This document shows positions 1 through 9,331 of a DNA stretch of 64,000 nt, one piece after another (positions within the stretch are counted from its first letter, which is position 1; the number at the start of each line of letters is the position of its first letter). The stretch spans positions 10,979 to 74,978 of the forward strand of contig CAVVMJ010000006.1 of assembly GCA_963749445.1 (NCBI GenBank), read 5' to 3'. This stretch comes from an uncultured bacterium (GTDB lineage: Bacteria > Patescibacteriota > Doudnabacteria > UBA920). A program made the translations under genes and the position numbers. The notes below the pieces were generated by a model that saw nothing but the letters and a program-made list of their open reading frames with translations, was not told the DNA's origin and ran no database searches.

Positions 1-2
1 AG

Positions 3-404
3 GACATTAAGGAGCTGTTCCGGGATTTGTTCACGCACACGGAATATAAGATGTTCGCGAAAAGGCTGGAAATTGCCAGGCGCTTGCTCTATCGGGAAAA
101 TTATAAAGACATCCAGAACGCCCTGAACGTGACGTCCAATACCATTTCCCGAATCAATAATGTTTTAAGCGAAAAGGGCGGCGGCTTAAGAAAGGCGCAT
201 AAAAAGTTGGAACAGCTGGAAGAAAAGCACAGGGAAAAGCAAAAAGAGACGATCAAAAATTTGGAGAACCCTTTCCGGGCCAAAATTAGACATCATGGCC
301 AGACAGTGCTTGGGCAGGCGATTAAAGCCGGCGCAATACAATTGGACAAAGTTATATCCCAAAAATTAAAGCAGCGAACGGCTCGTAAAAATTTGCCTGT
401 TTAA
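3..404 (+). CDS. TrpR-like (YerC/YecD family) HTH protein, 5' end probably outside window
   Basis: Frame open from window start (DIKELFRDLFTHTE); RLEIARRL..YKDIQ..VTSNTISRIN matches YerC/TrpR HTH. Confidence 0.8.
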   Translation, partial: DIKELFRDLFTHTEYKMFAKRLEIARRLLYRENYKDIQNALNVTSNTISRINNVLSEKGGGLRKAHKKLEQLEEKHREKQKETIKNLENPFRAKIRHHGQTVLGQAIKAGAIQLDKVISQKLKQRTARKNLPV

Positions 405-407
405 GTT

Positions 408-448
408 TGCTATCATACACTCCCGTATGATAGTGTTTTGTTTTTTTG
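408..448 (+). terminator. Rho-independent terminator
   Basis: CTATCATAC-loop-GTATGATAG hairpin followed by T tracts. Confidence 0.6.
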
Positions 449-492
449 ACGGGGGTGGACAAATAGTGGAAAATAGGGGGAAAAACAGGCAT

Positions 493-520
493 TTGACATC
501 CTGCGTGGAAAGTCTACAAT
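493..520 (+). promoter_or_regulatory. sigma-70 promoter upstream of the TasA/SipW operon
   Basis: TTGACA-16 nt-TACAAT. Confidence 0.6.
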
Positions 521-733
521 ACAGTTAAACGCTTAAATAAACAGGAAAAGAAAAACAAAAAAGCCATCTTATAGGAATTTCCCAGGGATGACTTTTTATT
601 TGTCGTCTTGAGCGGCTTATGACTGCCATTAAGACCAATGTCGCAAAATACACCACAAGCGAATTATTTAACAGCCACCCCAAAAAAGGGCGTCCTTTTT
701 TGGAATTTTTTTAATGTTTTAATTTAGAATATA

Positions 734-1052
734 GGCCTAAAACCGGCATTAAATTCTACTGCTGATTCGGGGTTTATATTTTAAAAGGTCGAGCGTTCCG
801 ATTTATCGGGACGGGAAAATATAAAGAGCCCCGCGTTTGCTTGTAACAAACGCAGAGCCCAAACTTTAGAGCAGCGCCGCTATAAACTTTCGTGGTTTTT
901 AGTATGCGCGTCTCTATAAAGTAATACGCAAAAAGCGTATAAAACGGTTCAAACAAAAATTCGCCTGCGTTAGGCCCCCAAAATGGGGCCGAGCACAATC
1001 ATATTTAATGATAGTGGTTGCTCCACATTGGGGGCTTTGAAAAAAGTTCCCC
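734..1052 (+). ncRNA. Candidate structured leader/ncRNA upstream of tasA-like gene
   Basis: GGCCTAA(734)/TTAGGCC(970) long-range pair enclosing several hairpins; more hairpins to about 1052; no convincing ORF. Confidence 0.4.
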
Positions 1053-1136
1053 AAATAATCAAAAAAATTATTCGGAGGTTTAGGCAGGCAAACAGGATAA
1101 CGATTAATAATTCACAATTAACGATTAACAACAATT

Positions 1137-2114
1137 ATGAAAAAAATCTTAATCAGCTTTAGTACAATTGCTTTGGTCGCAATACTGGCCGTCGGCGCCA
1201 CCAGGTCATACTTCAGCGCCACCCAGACTTCCACCGGCAATACCATTACCGCTGGAACAATTGCTATTTCTGTTGATGACCAAAATCCCTGGACTAAAAC
1301 TTACTCCCAGAACTTACTGGATATGAAGCCAGGGATGACCAGAACGATTACTTTTGTGGTTAAAAACACAGGTACAAACCCGGTTGTTTTAAGAAAACAA
1401 GTCGGCGGATTTGAATTGGGTGGTACGTTGACTTCAGGTTATTGCACTGCAAACGGTGGTATCACGAGTGGGTCTGCTTGTCTTAATGCAAGCACGACTC
1501 CACCTCAAGATTTATCCAATGTCATGACTTACGACATGACTGTTACTTCAGCTAGTGGCACAACCGTAATGATCCCAGATTCGTGGAATGTAAAAATGAG
1601 CGATATCAAAGATCTTTGGATTCCATTGGGCACACTTCAACCTAACGATACGCTTTCTGTTACACAGAGCTATCATTTTGACGAAGCAACAGGCAACTGG
1701 GCACAGGGCGACACCTTGGCCTTCAATATCAGCTTGTATGCTGAACAAGTAGGTGGAGTTGGTCCTAACACAATCGCTGGTGTAGTATTGGACAACAAAG
1801 ATACTACTTCCTGGGCTTCTTTAGTTGACGGAACACTGGGTATTTTGAGATGGGATGCTACTACTGGAGCTTACACACTGAAAGCGTTCGGCCTAACTAA
1901 CGGCTTAACTTATGGAGTGGCTTATTGGAACGGTTCAACCGAAACTCTCATCGACGCCGTCTCCGGAGCACCCACTAGCGGCCAACTGACTCTTTCAGGA
2001 ACTTATGCCGCGTTCAACACTAATTCCAAGGCTAAATATTGGCTAAGACCTATTCCTTGGACATCAACTAGCGACGTAAACACTCTTTGGGAAGATAACT
2101 TAGTCCATCAATAA
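1137..2114 (+). CDS. TasA/camelysin-like protein with SipW-cognate signal peptide
   Basis: Signal ending GATRSYFS..TSTGNTITAGTI; MKPG..VKNTGT; C-terminal NWAQGD..F..YAEQ motifs; adjacent to sipW. Confidence 0.8.
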   Translation: MKKILISFSTIALVAILAVGATRSYFSATQTSTGNTITAGTIAISVDDQNPWTKTYSQNLLDMKPGMTRTITFVVKNTGTNPVVLRKQVGGFELGGTLTSGYCTANGGITSGSACLNASTTPPQDLSNVMTYDMTVTSASGTTVMIPDSWNVKMSDIKDLWIPLGTLQPNDTLSVTQSYHFDEATGNWAQGDTLAFNISLYAEQVGGVGPNTIAGVVLDNKDTTSWASLVDGTLGILRWDATTGAYTLKAFGLTNGLTYGVAYWNGSTETLIDAVSGAPTSGQLTLSGTYAAFNTNSKAKYWLRPIPWTSTSDVNTLWEDNLVHQ

Positions 2115-2134
2115 TTATCTGATTTAAGTTCTTT

Positions 2135-2165
2135 CCACCCAGCCCCTGCGCGCAAGGGCTGGGGA
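2135..2165 (+). terminator. Intra-operon hairpin (terminator or mRNA stabiliser)
   Basis: CCCAGCCC..GGGCTGGG stem after tasA-like stop. Confidence 0.5.
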
Positions 2166-2182
2166 ATAAGCACTTAAAAAAT

Positions 2183-2773
2183 TTGATAATGGCAAATAAA
2201 TTCTTTAAAGTTTTATATTGCGTATTTTTTACCGTTATTGGAGTAATCGCTTTAATCCTGATTTTATCCGCCGTACCGGGCAAGAATATGCCCAAGACTT
2301 TTGTGGTTTTGTCTGGGTCTATGCAGCCGGCCATTAAGACGGGAAGCGTGGTGTTGGTCTGGCCGGTGAGCCAATATAAAATCGGGGATGTTATTACTTT
2401 TGGCCCCAATACCGGCACGCAAATCCCGACCACGCACCGGATTGTGGAAATGCGGGCGCAAACCGGCCAGCCGGTTTATGTAACCAGGGGCGATGCCAAT
2501 AACGCGGTTGACCAAAGGGAAGTGTCCGGCAAAGACATTTTAGGCAAAGTCCATTTGGCGGTCCCTTATATCGGTTATGCCGTAGATTTTGCCAAAAAGC
2601 CGGTTGGGCTTATGTTGATAATTATTGTTCCGGCCGTGATTATTATTTATGATGAATTAAGGAAAATAGTCGAGGAAGCCGCGAGAATAAAGAAAAAGAA
2701 AAAAGCAGGCGCTTTAGGCATGCCGGAAGAAATGCTACCGGCAGGATTAAAGCCGGAAGATAAAAAAGAGTAA
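2183..2773 (+). CDS. sipW: Signal peptidase I, SipW (ER-type) family
   Basis: VLSGSMQP (Ser), GDVITF, THRIV (His), TRGDANN..D. Confidence 0.9.
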   Translation: MIMANKFFKVLYCVFFTVIGVIALILILSAVPGKNMPKTFVVLSGSMQPAIKTGSVVLVWPVSQYKIGDVITFGPNTGTQIPTTHRIVEMRAQTGQPVYVTRGDANNAVDQREVSGKDILGKVHLAVPYIGYAVDFAKKPVGLMLIIIVPAVIIIYDELRKIVEEAARIKKKKKAGALGMPEEMLPAGLKPEDKKE

Positions 2774-2779
2774 ATTTTT

Positions 2780-5041
2780 ATGCGAGTTAAGATCAGAAAA
2801 TATAACCGTGACAAATTAGGGCGATTTAAGGCTGTTCGGCCCATGCGTTTGGATTTTAATTTTGCCAAAAAATTCGCGGTAGCGGTTTTGGTTTTTGGCC
2901 TGATGCTGCAGGGCGGCGGTTTTGCTATATTAAAAACTTCTGCCTATTTTAGCGACAGCGCGACATCTTCCGCCAATACTTTAACCGCCGGGACTTTGCA
3001 GTACGTTTTGTCTGGTTCGGATTTTTCACCGGCGACAATTAAAAAGGGCGAAACATCCGCCCGGGTAGTGGATATTTCCAATACCGGCAGTTTGGGTTTT
3101 AAATATGTAGCCAGCGCGGCCGATTTTGGCGCAGATACGGACTTATGCGATGCGCTGACGTTGCAGGCCGATTTGGCGACTACAACGGTGTACAGCGGAT
3201 TGTTGCAGAATTTTGTCGCCGCCACCACGACTTTTGACAACCTGTCGCCGGATTGGCATTTTACTGTCAGCTTGCCGGCGTCGGCTTCCGATTCTTTGCA
3301 AGACAAATCCTGCGGTTTTAAATTTATTTACAGCGGCTGGCAGGAAAATTTTTCCGGCCCGGCATCGGGTTTTACCGACGTGCAGGAAACTTCCAGCGTC
3401 ATAAATTCCGGGCATTGGGTAACGCCCCAGCCGGGCGATATTGACCCGTCGCCGATTATTGACGCCACCGTGAACCAGGCGAATCCGGCCAATAATTACG
3501 GCAGTATTTGCCACCTGAGCGTCGAGTCGCGAAACACCAACAAGAACCAACGCAGTTTTATCCGTTTTAATTTTAATTTGCCTGTTACCACAACCATCAA
3601 CTCCGCAAGCCTGGATTTGTTCATGAGTTCCGCCCCCGCGAGCTCGCGTACCTACCAATTAAAGCGGGCTTTAAGTTCCTGGGATGAATTGGGTATTACT
3701 TGGGATAACCAGCCGGCATCCGGCACAGTTGTGTCAAGCGCCACGACCGGAACCGCTGACAATCAATTGCTGGCTTGGGATGTTAAGACCGACGTGCAAA
3801 ATTTTGTAACTTCCCCGTCCGACAATTACGGCTGGGTTATCGGCGAAAGCAGCGAAGATGCAGGCGGCACCGGTTTTAACGCTTCCTTTGTCTCCCGCAA
3901 TGCCGCAGCGACCAATCCCGATCATCGGCCGCTGCTGCAAATCAACTTTACCGTTCCTCCGGCCGCTACCGATCATATGGTCATCAACGAAGTTTATCCC
4001 AATATCGGCCCGGGCAAAGGCAACGACCCGCGCGATGAGTGGGTGGAAATTTATAATCCCACTGCCGCGCCCCTGACCATGGCAGACTGGAAAATTTGCG
4101 ATAATACCAGTTGTGACGCTTTGCCGACCACCACTTTGCCTTCGTTAGGCTTTGGGGTAATCATTACCAGCACCTCGCAAGTTACCGGCAATTGGTCAAT
4201 CCCAAGCGGCGCCGCAATTATATATTTGGACAATACCACCATCGGTAACGGGTTGAGCAATACCGGTGATCGCGTGGAATTAAAAGATGCGGGCGGTAAT
4301 TTGGTTGACGCCATGAGTTATGGTACGGACCACACTTATTTTTCCACTTTAGCTGCGCCGCAGAGCGGAAATTCTTTGGCCCGTGTTGTCAAAGGCTATG
4401 ATACGGACAGCGCGGTAGACTGGGTGGAGAGCGCCACGCCCAATCCAGGGACTAATCCGGGTTTAATCGCAAGCGGTGACGGCAGCGAAGTTATCCGTTT
4501 TACTTCGGATGGGATTATGATAGCGGCCAATCAAAGCGATTTGCCTGCGATTGACGCCGGCACGGATCAGGCGCAAAATGCGCCGTCTTTGGACGAACCG
4601 GATGGTTCTTCCGTTTTGCCTGCAGCGGTTTCGGCAGATATGTCGGGATCGGGTGATAATGCGTTGTGTTCGGGAGGCACGCCTTCCGCAGACGATTTAC
4701 CTGTAAGCCCATCGCCAAGCGCTGTTCCTGATACCGCCGGCGGCCAAGGCCAAGATATCGTTGCGCCGCCTGGAGATCCTGTTTCGCCGGCTTCGGACGC
4801 GCCTGATCAAAAAAGCGGTTCAAACACCGGCGATGCAAATAACACGCCGCAAACCGATCAGTCTCCGGCCGTTGAACCTCCGGCGCAGGACATTGTTTCT
4901 CCGGACCCGCCTGCTGTTGTAACGGCATCCCCATCAGCCGAACCTGAGCAAATAATTCTCGCTCCGGCGGCAGTAGAACCCCTGGCCGCACCGGCGCCAG
5001 CACAGCCGGAGCTGCAGACGACTTCGGGAGGAGATGAATAA
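2780..5041 (+). CDS. SipW-cognate secreted protein with DNRLRE/CBM96-like and lamin-tail domains and acidic Pro-rich tail
   Basis: TSAYFSDSATSSANTLTAGTL; DATVNQANPANNYG..RSFIRF..ITWDNQP..NYGW; VINEVYPN..EWVEIYN..LSNTGD. Confidence 0.75.
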   Translation: MRVKIRKYNRDKLGRFKAVRPMRLDFNFAKKFAVAVLVFGLMLQGGGFAILKTSAYFSDSATSSANTLTAGTLQYVLSGSDFSPATIKKGETSARVVDISNTGSLGFKYVASAADFGADTDLCDALTLQADLATTTVYSGLLQNFVAATTTFDNLSPDWHFTVSLPASASDSLQDKSCGFKFIYSGWQENFSGPASGFTDVQETSSVINSGHWVTPQPGDIDPSPIIDATVNQANPANNYGSICHLSVESRNTNKNQRSFIRFNFNLPVTTTINSASLDLFMSSAPASSRTYQLKRALSSWDELGITWDNQPASGTVVSSATTGTADNQLLAWDVKTDVQNFVTSPSDNYGWVIGESSEDAGGTGFNASFVSRNAAATNPDHRPLLQINFTVPPAATDHMVINEVYPNIGPGKGNDPRDEWVEIYNPTAAPLTMADWKICDNTSCDALPTTTLPSLGFGVIITSTSQVTGNWSIPSGAAIIYLDNTTIGNGLSNTGDRVELKDAGGNLVDAMSYGTDHTYFSTLAAPQSGNSLARVVKGYDTDSAVDWVESATPNPGTNPGLIASGDGSEVIRFTSDGIMIAANQSDLPAIDAGTDQAQNAPSLDEPDGSSVLPAAVSADMSGSGDNALCSGGTPSADDLPVSPSPSAVPDTAGGQGQDIVAPPGDPVSPASDAPDQKSGSNTGDANNTPQTDQSPAVEPPAQDIVSPDPPAVVTASPSAEPEQIILAPAAVEPLAAPAPAQPELQTTSGGDE

Positions 5042-6365
5042 TATGAAGCTATTATTTATTAAAAAAGTATTATTCGGCGCGGCAGTTGCAGGCGGTTTAA
5101 TGCTTGCGTTGCCGGCTTTGGCCCAAACGCCCCCACCGGATTTGCAAGTGGTGTTTAACCCGAATCCGTTGTTCAGCCAGGTGAATTTCGCGCCCGGGCA
5201 GACTACGACCGGCAGTATCCATGTAACAAACAATACCGCGCAGACGCAAAAAGCGCAGATTGAAGCCGTCAATCAAATCAATGCCGGCGGTTTGGCCGAA
5301 CAGTTTGATTTTGTCGTCAAGCTGAACGGGAATACTTTGTATGAAAAAACTTTAAAGGAATTTTTTGACGCCGGGCAGGTGTATTTGTCCGATGTGGCGA
5401 GCGGCGCGACCGTGCAATACGACCTTAGCGTGACTTTTAAGCCCGAAGCCAATAATGATTTTCAGGGAAAGACAGTCGGTTTTGATTTGGATGCGGGCTT
5501 TTTGGGTCAGGAGGGCATAACGCCGCCGACTAATCCTGGTTCTTACGGCGGCGGCGGGGGAGTGTCCGGCGGTCTGCCGCAAGGGCTTTCTATTTACGAA
5601 GATAAAATTATAGCTACGGTAACCGGCCCGACCACGGCAACCATCAGCTGGACCACCAGCTACGATTCCACCAGCCAGGTGGTTTACGCTTCCGACGCCG
5701 AGTTTCCCTCCGTAACTTTTGTGGTCAGTCCTCCGGATTTTGGTTATCCGCATTATACTGCGGATGATTTAACCAAGGTAACGTCGCATATCGTATTTTT
5801 GACCGGTTTGATTCCAAGCACGCATTATCATTTTCGCGTAATTTCCCACGCCTCGCCTCCCACGGTCAGTTTTGACCACTCTTTTACCACCTGGCCGGTG
5901 GGGCTTACCGTACCCAACCCAACCGTGGCCGGAGCGGAAACCGCCGCGCCCCCTTTGGGACAGATTGACGGAGCCGCGTCCACCAGGGGAAATTTATTAG
6001 CCGCGGCCGGCGGAAACGGCGGGCAGGCATCGCAGCCGTCCGGCGAAGTCTTGGGAGTGGCAACTGCACCGCCGGCCAATCCGGCTTCCGAAATTTGCAT
6101 TAAAAATCCGCTATGGGATTTTGGTTATTTGGTTTACGCCCTGTTGCTGTTAATCGGCTTGGCGTTTTATAAAAAATTGAGTTTCAAAAATTATTCTTCG
6201 GGCGCCGCCGCAGCCGCCTTAGCCGCGCTGCTTTGGTGGTGGTTTGAGCCGTGTCCGCGGCACTTGTGGTTGTGGCCGGCGGCCATATTAGCCGCAGCCG
6301 TGATTGCCGTTTTTATGGCGTGGCTGCTGGCAAAAAAAATCGCGCCCAACCCACCCCCAACATAA
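5034..6365 (+). CDS. Secreted FN3-like domain protein with C-terminal TM helices
   Basis: Signal peptide; ATISWTT..STSQVVY..HIVFLTGLIPSTHYHFRVIS; three C-terminal hydrophobic segments. Confidence 0.7.
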   Translation: MNNMKLLFIKKVLFGAAVAGGLMLALPALAQTPPPDLQVVFNPNPLFSQVNFAPGQTTTGSIHVTNNTAQTQKAQIEAVNQINAGGLAEQFDFVVKLNGNTLYEKTLKEFFDAGQVYLSDVASGATVQYDLSVTFKPEANNDFQGKTVGFDLDAGFLGQEGITPPTNPGSYGGGGGVSGGLPQGLSIYEDKIIATVTGPTTATISWTTSYDSTSQVVYASDAEFPSVTFVVSPPDFGYPHYTADDLTKVTSHIVFLTGLIPSTHYHFRVISHASPPTVSFDHSFTTWPVGLTVPNPTVAGAETAAPPLGQIDGAASTRGNLLAAAGGNGGQASQPSGEVLGVATAPPANPASEICIKNPLWDFGYLVYALLLLIGLAFYKKLSFKNYSSGAAAAALAALLWWWFEPCPRHLWLWPAAILAAAVIAVFMAWLLAKKIAPNPPPT

Positions 6366-6402
6366 TAGACCCAGGACACCTTCCTATTGGATATTAAACC
6401 TC

Positions 6403-6433
6403 TTAAAATCTCCCTTATAAAAGGGAGATTTTA
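6403..6433 (+). terminator. Terminator hairpin
   Basis: TAAAATCTCCCTT-ATA-AAAGGGAGATTTTA. Confidence 0.6.
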
Positions 6434-6446
6434 TTATGCTGATTAT

Positions 6447-6475
6447 TTGACATAGTATATAGTTTATGCTATACT
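6447..6475 (+). promoter_or_regulatory. sigma-70 promoter
   Basis: TTGACA-17 nt-TATACT with TG extended -10. Confidence 0.7.
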
Positions 6476-6570
6476 AGTAGTAATTAAATTTCCTAGCTAA
6501 ATTTTACCCTTCGACTCCGGCCTGCCAAACAGGCCTACGCTCAGGGTGAATTTATTTAAAAAATAAATTC

Positions 6571-7659
6571 ATGGGCATTTTAGATACCATCATTCATACC
6601 AAACAAAGCGAATCCCGGGCGGATTTTAAAGCCGCGGACATCGTTAAGGAATTGCTGGCCCAGCTTAAGGAGCGCGACCGGCAGATTTTGCTTAACCGCT
6701 ATGGCTTGGAAGGCAATTCCACCAAAACTTTGGCTGCCATAGGCTCAGAGCAAAACCTCACCCGCGAGCGCGTCCGCCAGATTGAAAAGGATTTGCTCAA
6801 ACACTTAAGGAAAGGCGGCGGCGCCGTGCCGGCTTTTAAGCAGGCCAAAGACTTTTTATTGGACATCATTACGGAACACGGCCGGATTATTGCCGAGGAA
6901 AATTTGCTTTTGTATTTAAACGTCCAGGATGAAAGGGAAAAGAACGCCGTGATTTTTTTGCTGCACTTGATTGAGGAACTGGAACATTTTATCCACGACA
7001 ACTACAAAAAGAGCTGGGTGGCAACGCTGTTTAATCAACAGCTGCTCCACGATTTTACCTCCGAAAGCAAAAAAATCCTGGACGAACACAAACTGCCTTT
7101 GGCCACGGAACAATTCCTGGAGCATTTTAAGCAAACCGAGTTTTACCGCCAAAACAGTTCGGAGCTCAGTGATAAAGTTATTTTGAACTTTTTGGATTTG
7201 GCGATTGATATTGAAAAAAACGTTTTTGGCGCCTGGGGACTGGCTTATTGGAAGGAAATCACGCCCAAGGATGTCGGCGACAAAGCTTATTTGGTGATGA
7301 AGCACCACGGCAAGCCGGAGCATTATTCCGGCATTACCGGGATGATCAACAAGTATAAATTTGACGGCCGCACGGCCTACAAAGAAACCGTGCATAACGA
7401 GCTGATTAAGGACAAACGGTTCATTTTAATCGGCCGCGGCATTTACGCCTTGGCGGAATGGGGCTATAAGCCCGGCGTGGTCTCCGACGTCATTGCCGAA
7501 GTCCTCAAAACCGCCGGCAAGCCCTTAAGCCGCGACCAGATCATTGACGAAGTGCTGAAAAAGCGCATGGTCAAAAAAAATACCATTTTGGTCGGCCTGT
7601 CCAACAAGAAATTATTCCGCAAAGCCGCCAAAAACGTTTACGCTTTAGCGGCAGATTAA
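6571..7659 (+). CDS. Sigma-70 region-4 / HARE-HTH (RNAP delta-like) multi-HTH protein
   Basis: RYGL..TLAAIG..LTRERVRQIE; C-terminal TVHNELIKDKRFILIGRGIYALAEWGY. Confidence 0.8.
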   Translation: MGILDTIIHTKQSESRADFKAADIVKELLAQLKERDRQILLNRYGLEGNSTKTLAAIGSEQNLTRERVRQIEKDLLKHLRKGGGAVPAFKQAKDFLLDIITEHGRIIAEENLLLYLNVQDEREKNAVIFLLHLIEELEHFIHDNYKKSWVATLFNQQLLHDFTSESKKILDEHKLPLATEQFLEHFKQTEFYRQNSSELSDKVILNFLDLAIDIEKNVFGAWGLAYWKEITPKDVGDKAYLVMKHHGKPEHYSGITGMINKYKFDGRTAYKETVHNELIKDKRFILIGRGIYALAEWGYKPGVVSDVIAEVLKTAGKPLSRDQIIDEVLKKRMVKKNTILVGLSNKKLFRKAAKNVYALAAD

Positions 7660-7668
7660 GTATCCCCA

Positions 7669-7750
7669 GTTTACAATCGTATTTCAACTTTATTTCTATC
7701 ATATTTCAACCGTATTTTCTGATATACGATAGAAATACAATGGAAATATT
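7669..7750. repeat. Periodic TATTTC/GAAATA inverted-arm element, no cargo gene
   Basis: About 10-bp-period TATTTC units followed by GAAATA units; shares ATACGGTTGAAATA with 9235 and 25819 sites. Confidence 0.65.
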
Positions 7751-7884
7751 AAATTACCATTGAGACAAAAAGTAAATTCACCCGCCAAAACTTTGCGAAA
7801 AATGTTTTTGAATCTGAATACTAAATTGCATCCGTTAAAAATTAACTACGCCCAAAATAACTGGGCAAAGTTTAAGGCGGGTAA

Positions 7885-9231
7885 ATGAGCGGATTGTTTC
7901 CCGATTTTTCAGTGATTTTTAAAATTTTCAGCCAGTTCCTGGTATTTTACTACGGCTGGGTGTTTTTTGTTTTAGGCTTGGTTTACATGCTCTGGCGCCT
8001 TTACCGCACGGAAATTATGATGCAGCACTGGCGCAAACAAAAATGGGTTTTTTTAAGCATCAAAGTGCCCAGGGACAACCGCGTCAGCACCGTTGGCGTA
8101 GACAACATTTTTTCCCAGCTGCATTCTTTGCAGGTCAACAAAACTTTTATGGAAAAATACGTGGAAGGGCAATTATTCCAGCTGTGGTACAGTTTTGAGC
8201 TGGTCAGCATGGGCGGCAAAATTTCGTTTATCATCCGTTCCCCGGAACGGATGCGGCACAACGTGGAAGCGGCGATTTATTCCCAATACCCGACGGCCGA
8301 AATCAGCGAAGTCGCCGATTATATGGAAAACATTAACTACAATCCGGACAAGCCCGGGGACTTTGACATTTTCGGCACGGAATGGAAATTGGACCAGAGC
8401 GACGTCATTCCCATAAAAACCTACACGGATTTTGAGCACCCCGCGGCCGACGAAAAAATCCTGGATCCGCTCAGCCACATGTTTGAAAGTTTGGCCAAAA
8501 TGGAACCACACGAATTTTTCGGCGTGCAAATTCTTGCCATGCCCCTGGCCGACGAGGAGTGGAAACTCAAGTCCGAAACGAAAATTAAGGAACTGACCGG
8601 GGAAGAAATGCCCCATCAGCGCACCCTTGCCGGCGTGCTTTTGGCGCCGTTCGGAATCCTCGGAGGCAAGACCGCCATCCAGGCTTTCCGCGGCGGCGAC
8701 AGCCACGGCCACGGCCCGCATCCCAACGAGCAGCAAAACAAGCCGCGCAACAACTGGCTGTCCATGACCGAAGCGGAAAAAATGCGCGTGACTTTAATAG
8801 AAAATAAAGCCAATAAACCCGGCTACCGGACTAAAATCAGATTTCTGTATATTGCCCCCAAAGACAGGTTTGACCGGAGCAAGCCGTTTATGGTGGTGGG
8901 CGCTTATCGGCCCTTTTCCGCGCCGATGTACAATAAAGTCAAACCGGACATCCACACCACCTGGACGCACATTGACGCTTACATTTCCCCAACCCTGGAA
9001 AGGCCGGTTTTGGAATGGAAGCTCAAATACAAAAAACGCTGGCTGTTCAAGGGTTATAAAAAACGCGACTGGGATGTTGGCAGTCCGCTGTTTATTTTAA
9101 ATACGGAAGAATTGGCCACGCTTTACCATTTCCCGATTACCACGGAAACCACGACCGTGCATCCGGCCATTGAACAGACCTTAAGCAAGACCAGCCAGCC
9201 GCCGGCCAACTTGCCGATTGCGGAAATGTAG
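7885..9231 (+). CDS. Conserved membrane-anchored protein of the type found next to CPR VirD4-like ATPases
   Basis: N-terminal TM; SFELVS..IYSQYP.AEI.E..DY; PIKTY..F; ILNTEELATLYHFP. Confidence 0.65.
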   Translation: MSGLFPDFSVIFKIFSQFLVFYYGWVFFVLGLVYMLWRLYRTEIMMQHWRKQKWVFLSIKVPRDNRVSTVGVDNIFSQLHSLQVNKTFMEKYVEGQLFQLWYSFELVSMGGKISFIIRSPERMRHNVEAAIYSQYPTAEISEVADYMENINYNPDKPGDFDIFGTEWKLDQSDVIPIKTYTDFEHPAADEKILDPLSHMFESLAKMEPHEFFGVQILAMPLADEEWKLKSETKIKELTGEEMPHQRTLAGVLLAPFGILGGKTAIQAFRGGDSHGHGPHPNEQQNKPRNNWLSMTEAEKMRVTLIENKANKPGYRTKIRFLYIAPKDRFDRSKPFMVVGAYRPFSAPMYNKVKPDIHTTWTHIDAYISPTLERPVLEWKLKYKKRWLFKGYKKRDWDVGSPLFILNTEELATLYHFPITTETTTVHPAIEQTLSKTSQPPANLPIAEM

Positions 9232-9234
9232 TTA

Positions 9235-9329
9235 ATATCAACCTTATTTCTACTTATTTCGCGAAGCGTATTTCTATTGTGTTTCTGAAATACGGTTGAA
9301 ATAGAGTAGAAATAAAATAGAAATATATT
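9235..9329. repeat. Periodic TATTTC/GAAATA inverted-arm element, no cargo gene
   Basis: TATTTC units then GAAATACGGTTGAAATAGAGTAGAAATAAAATAGAAATA. Confidence 0.7.
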
Positions 9330-9331
9330 GC

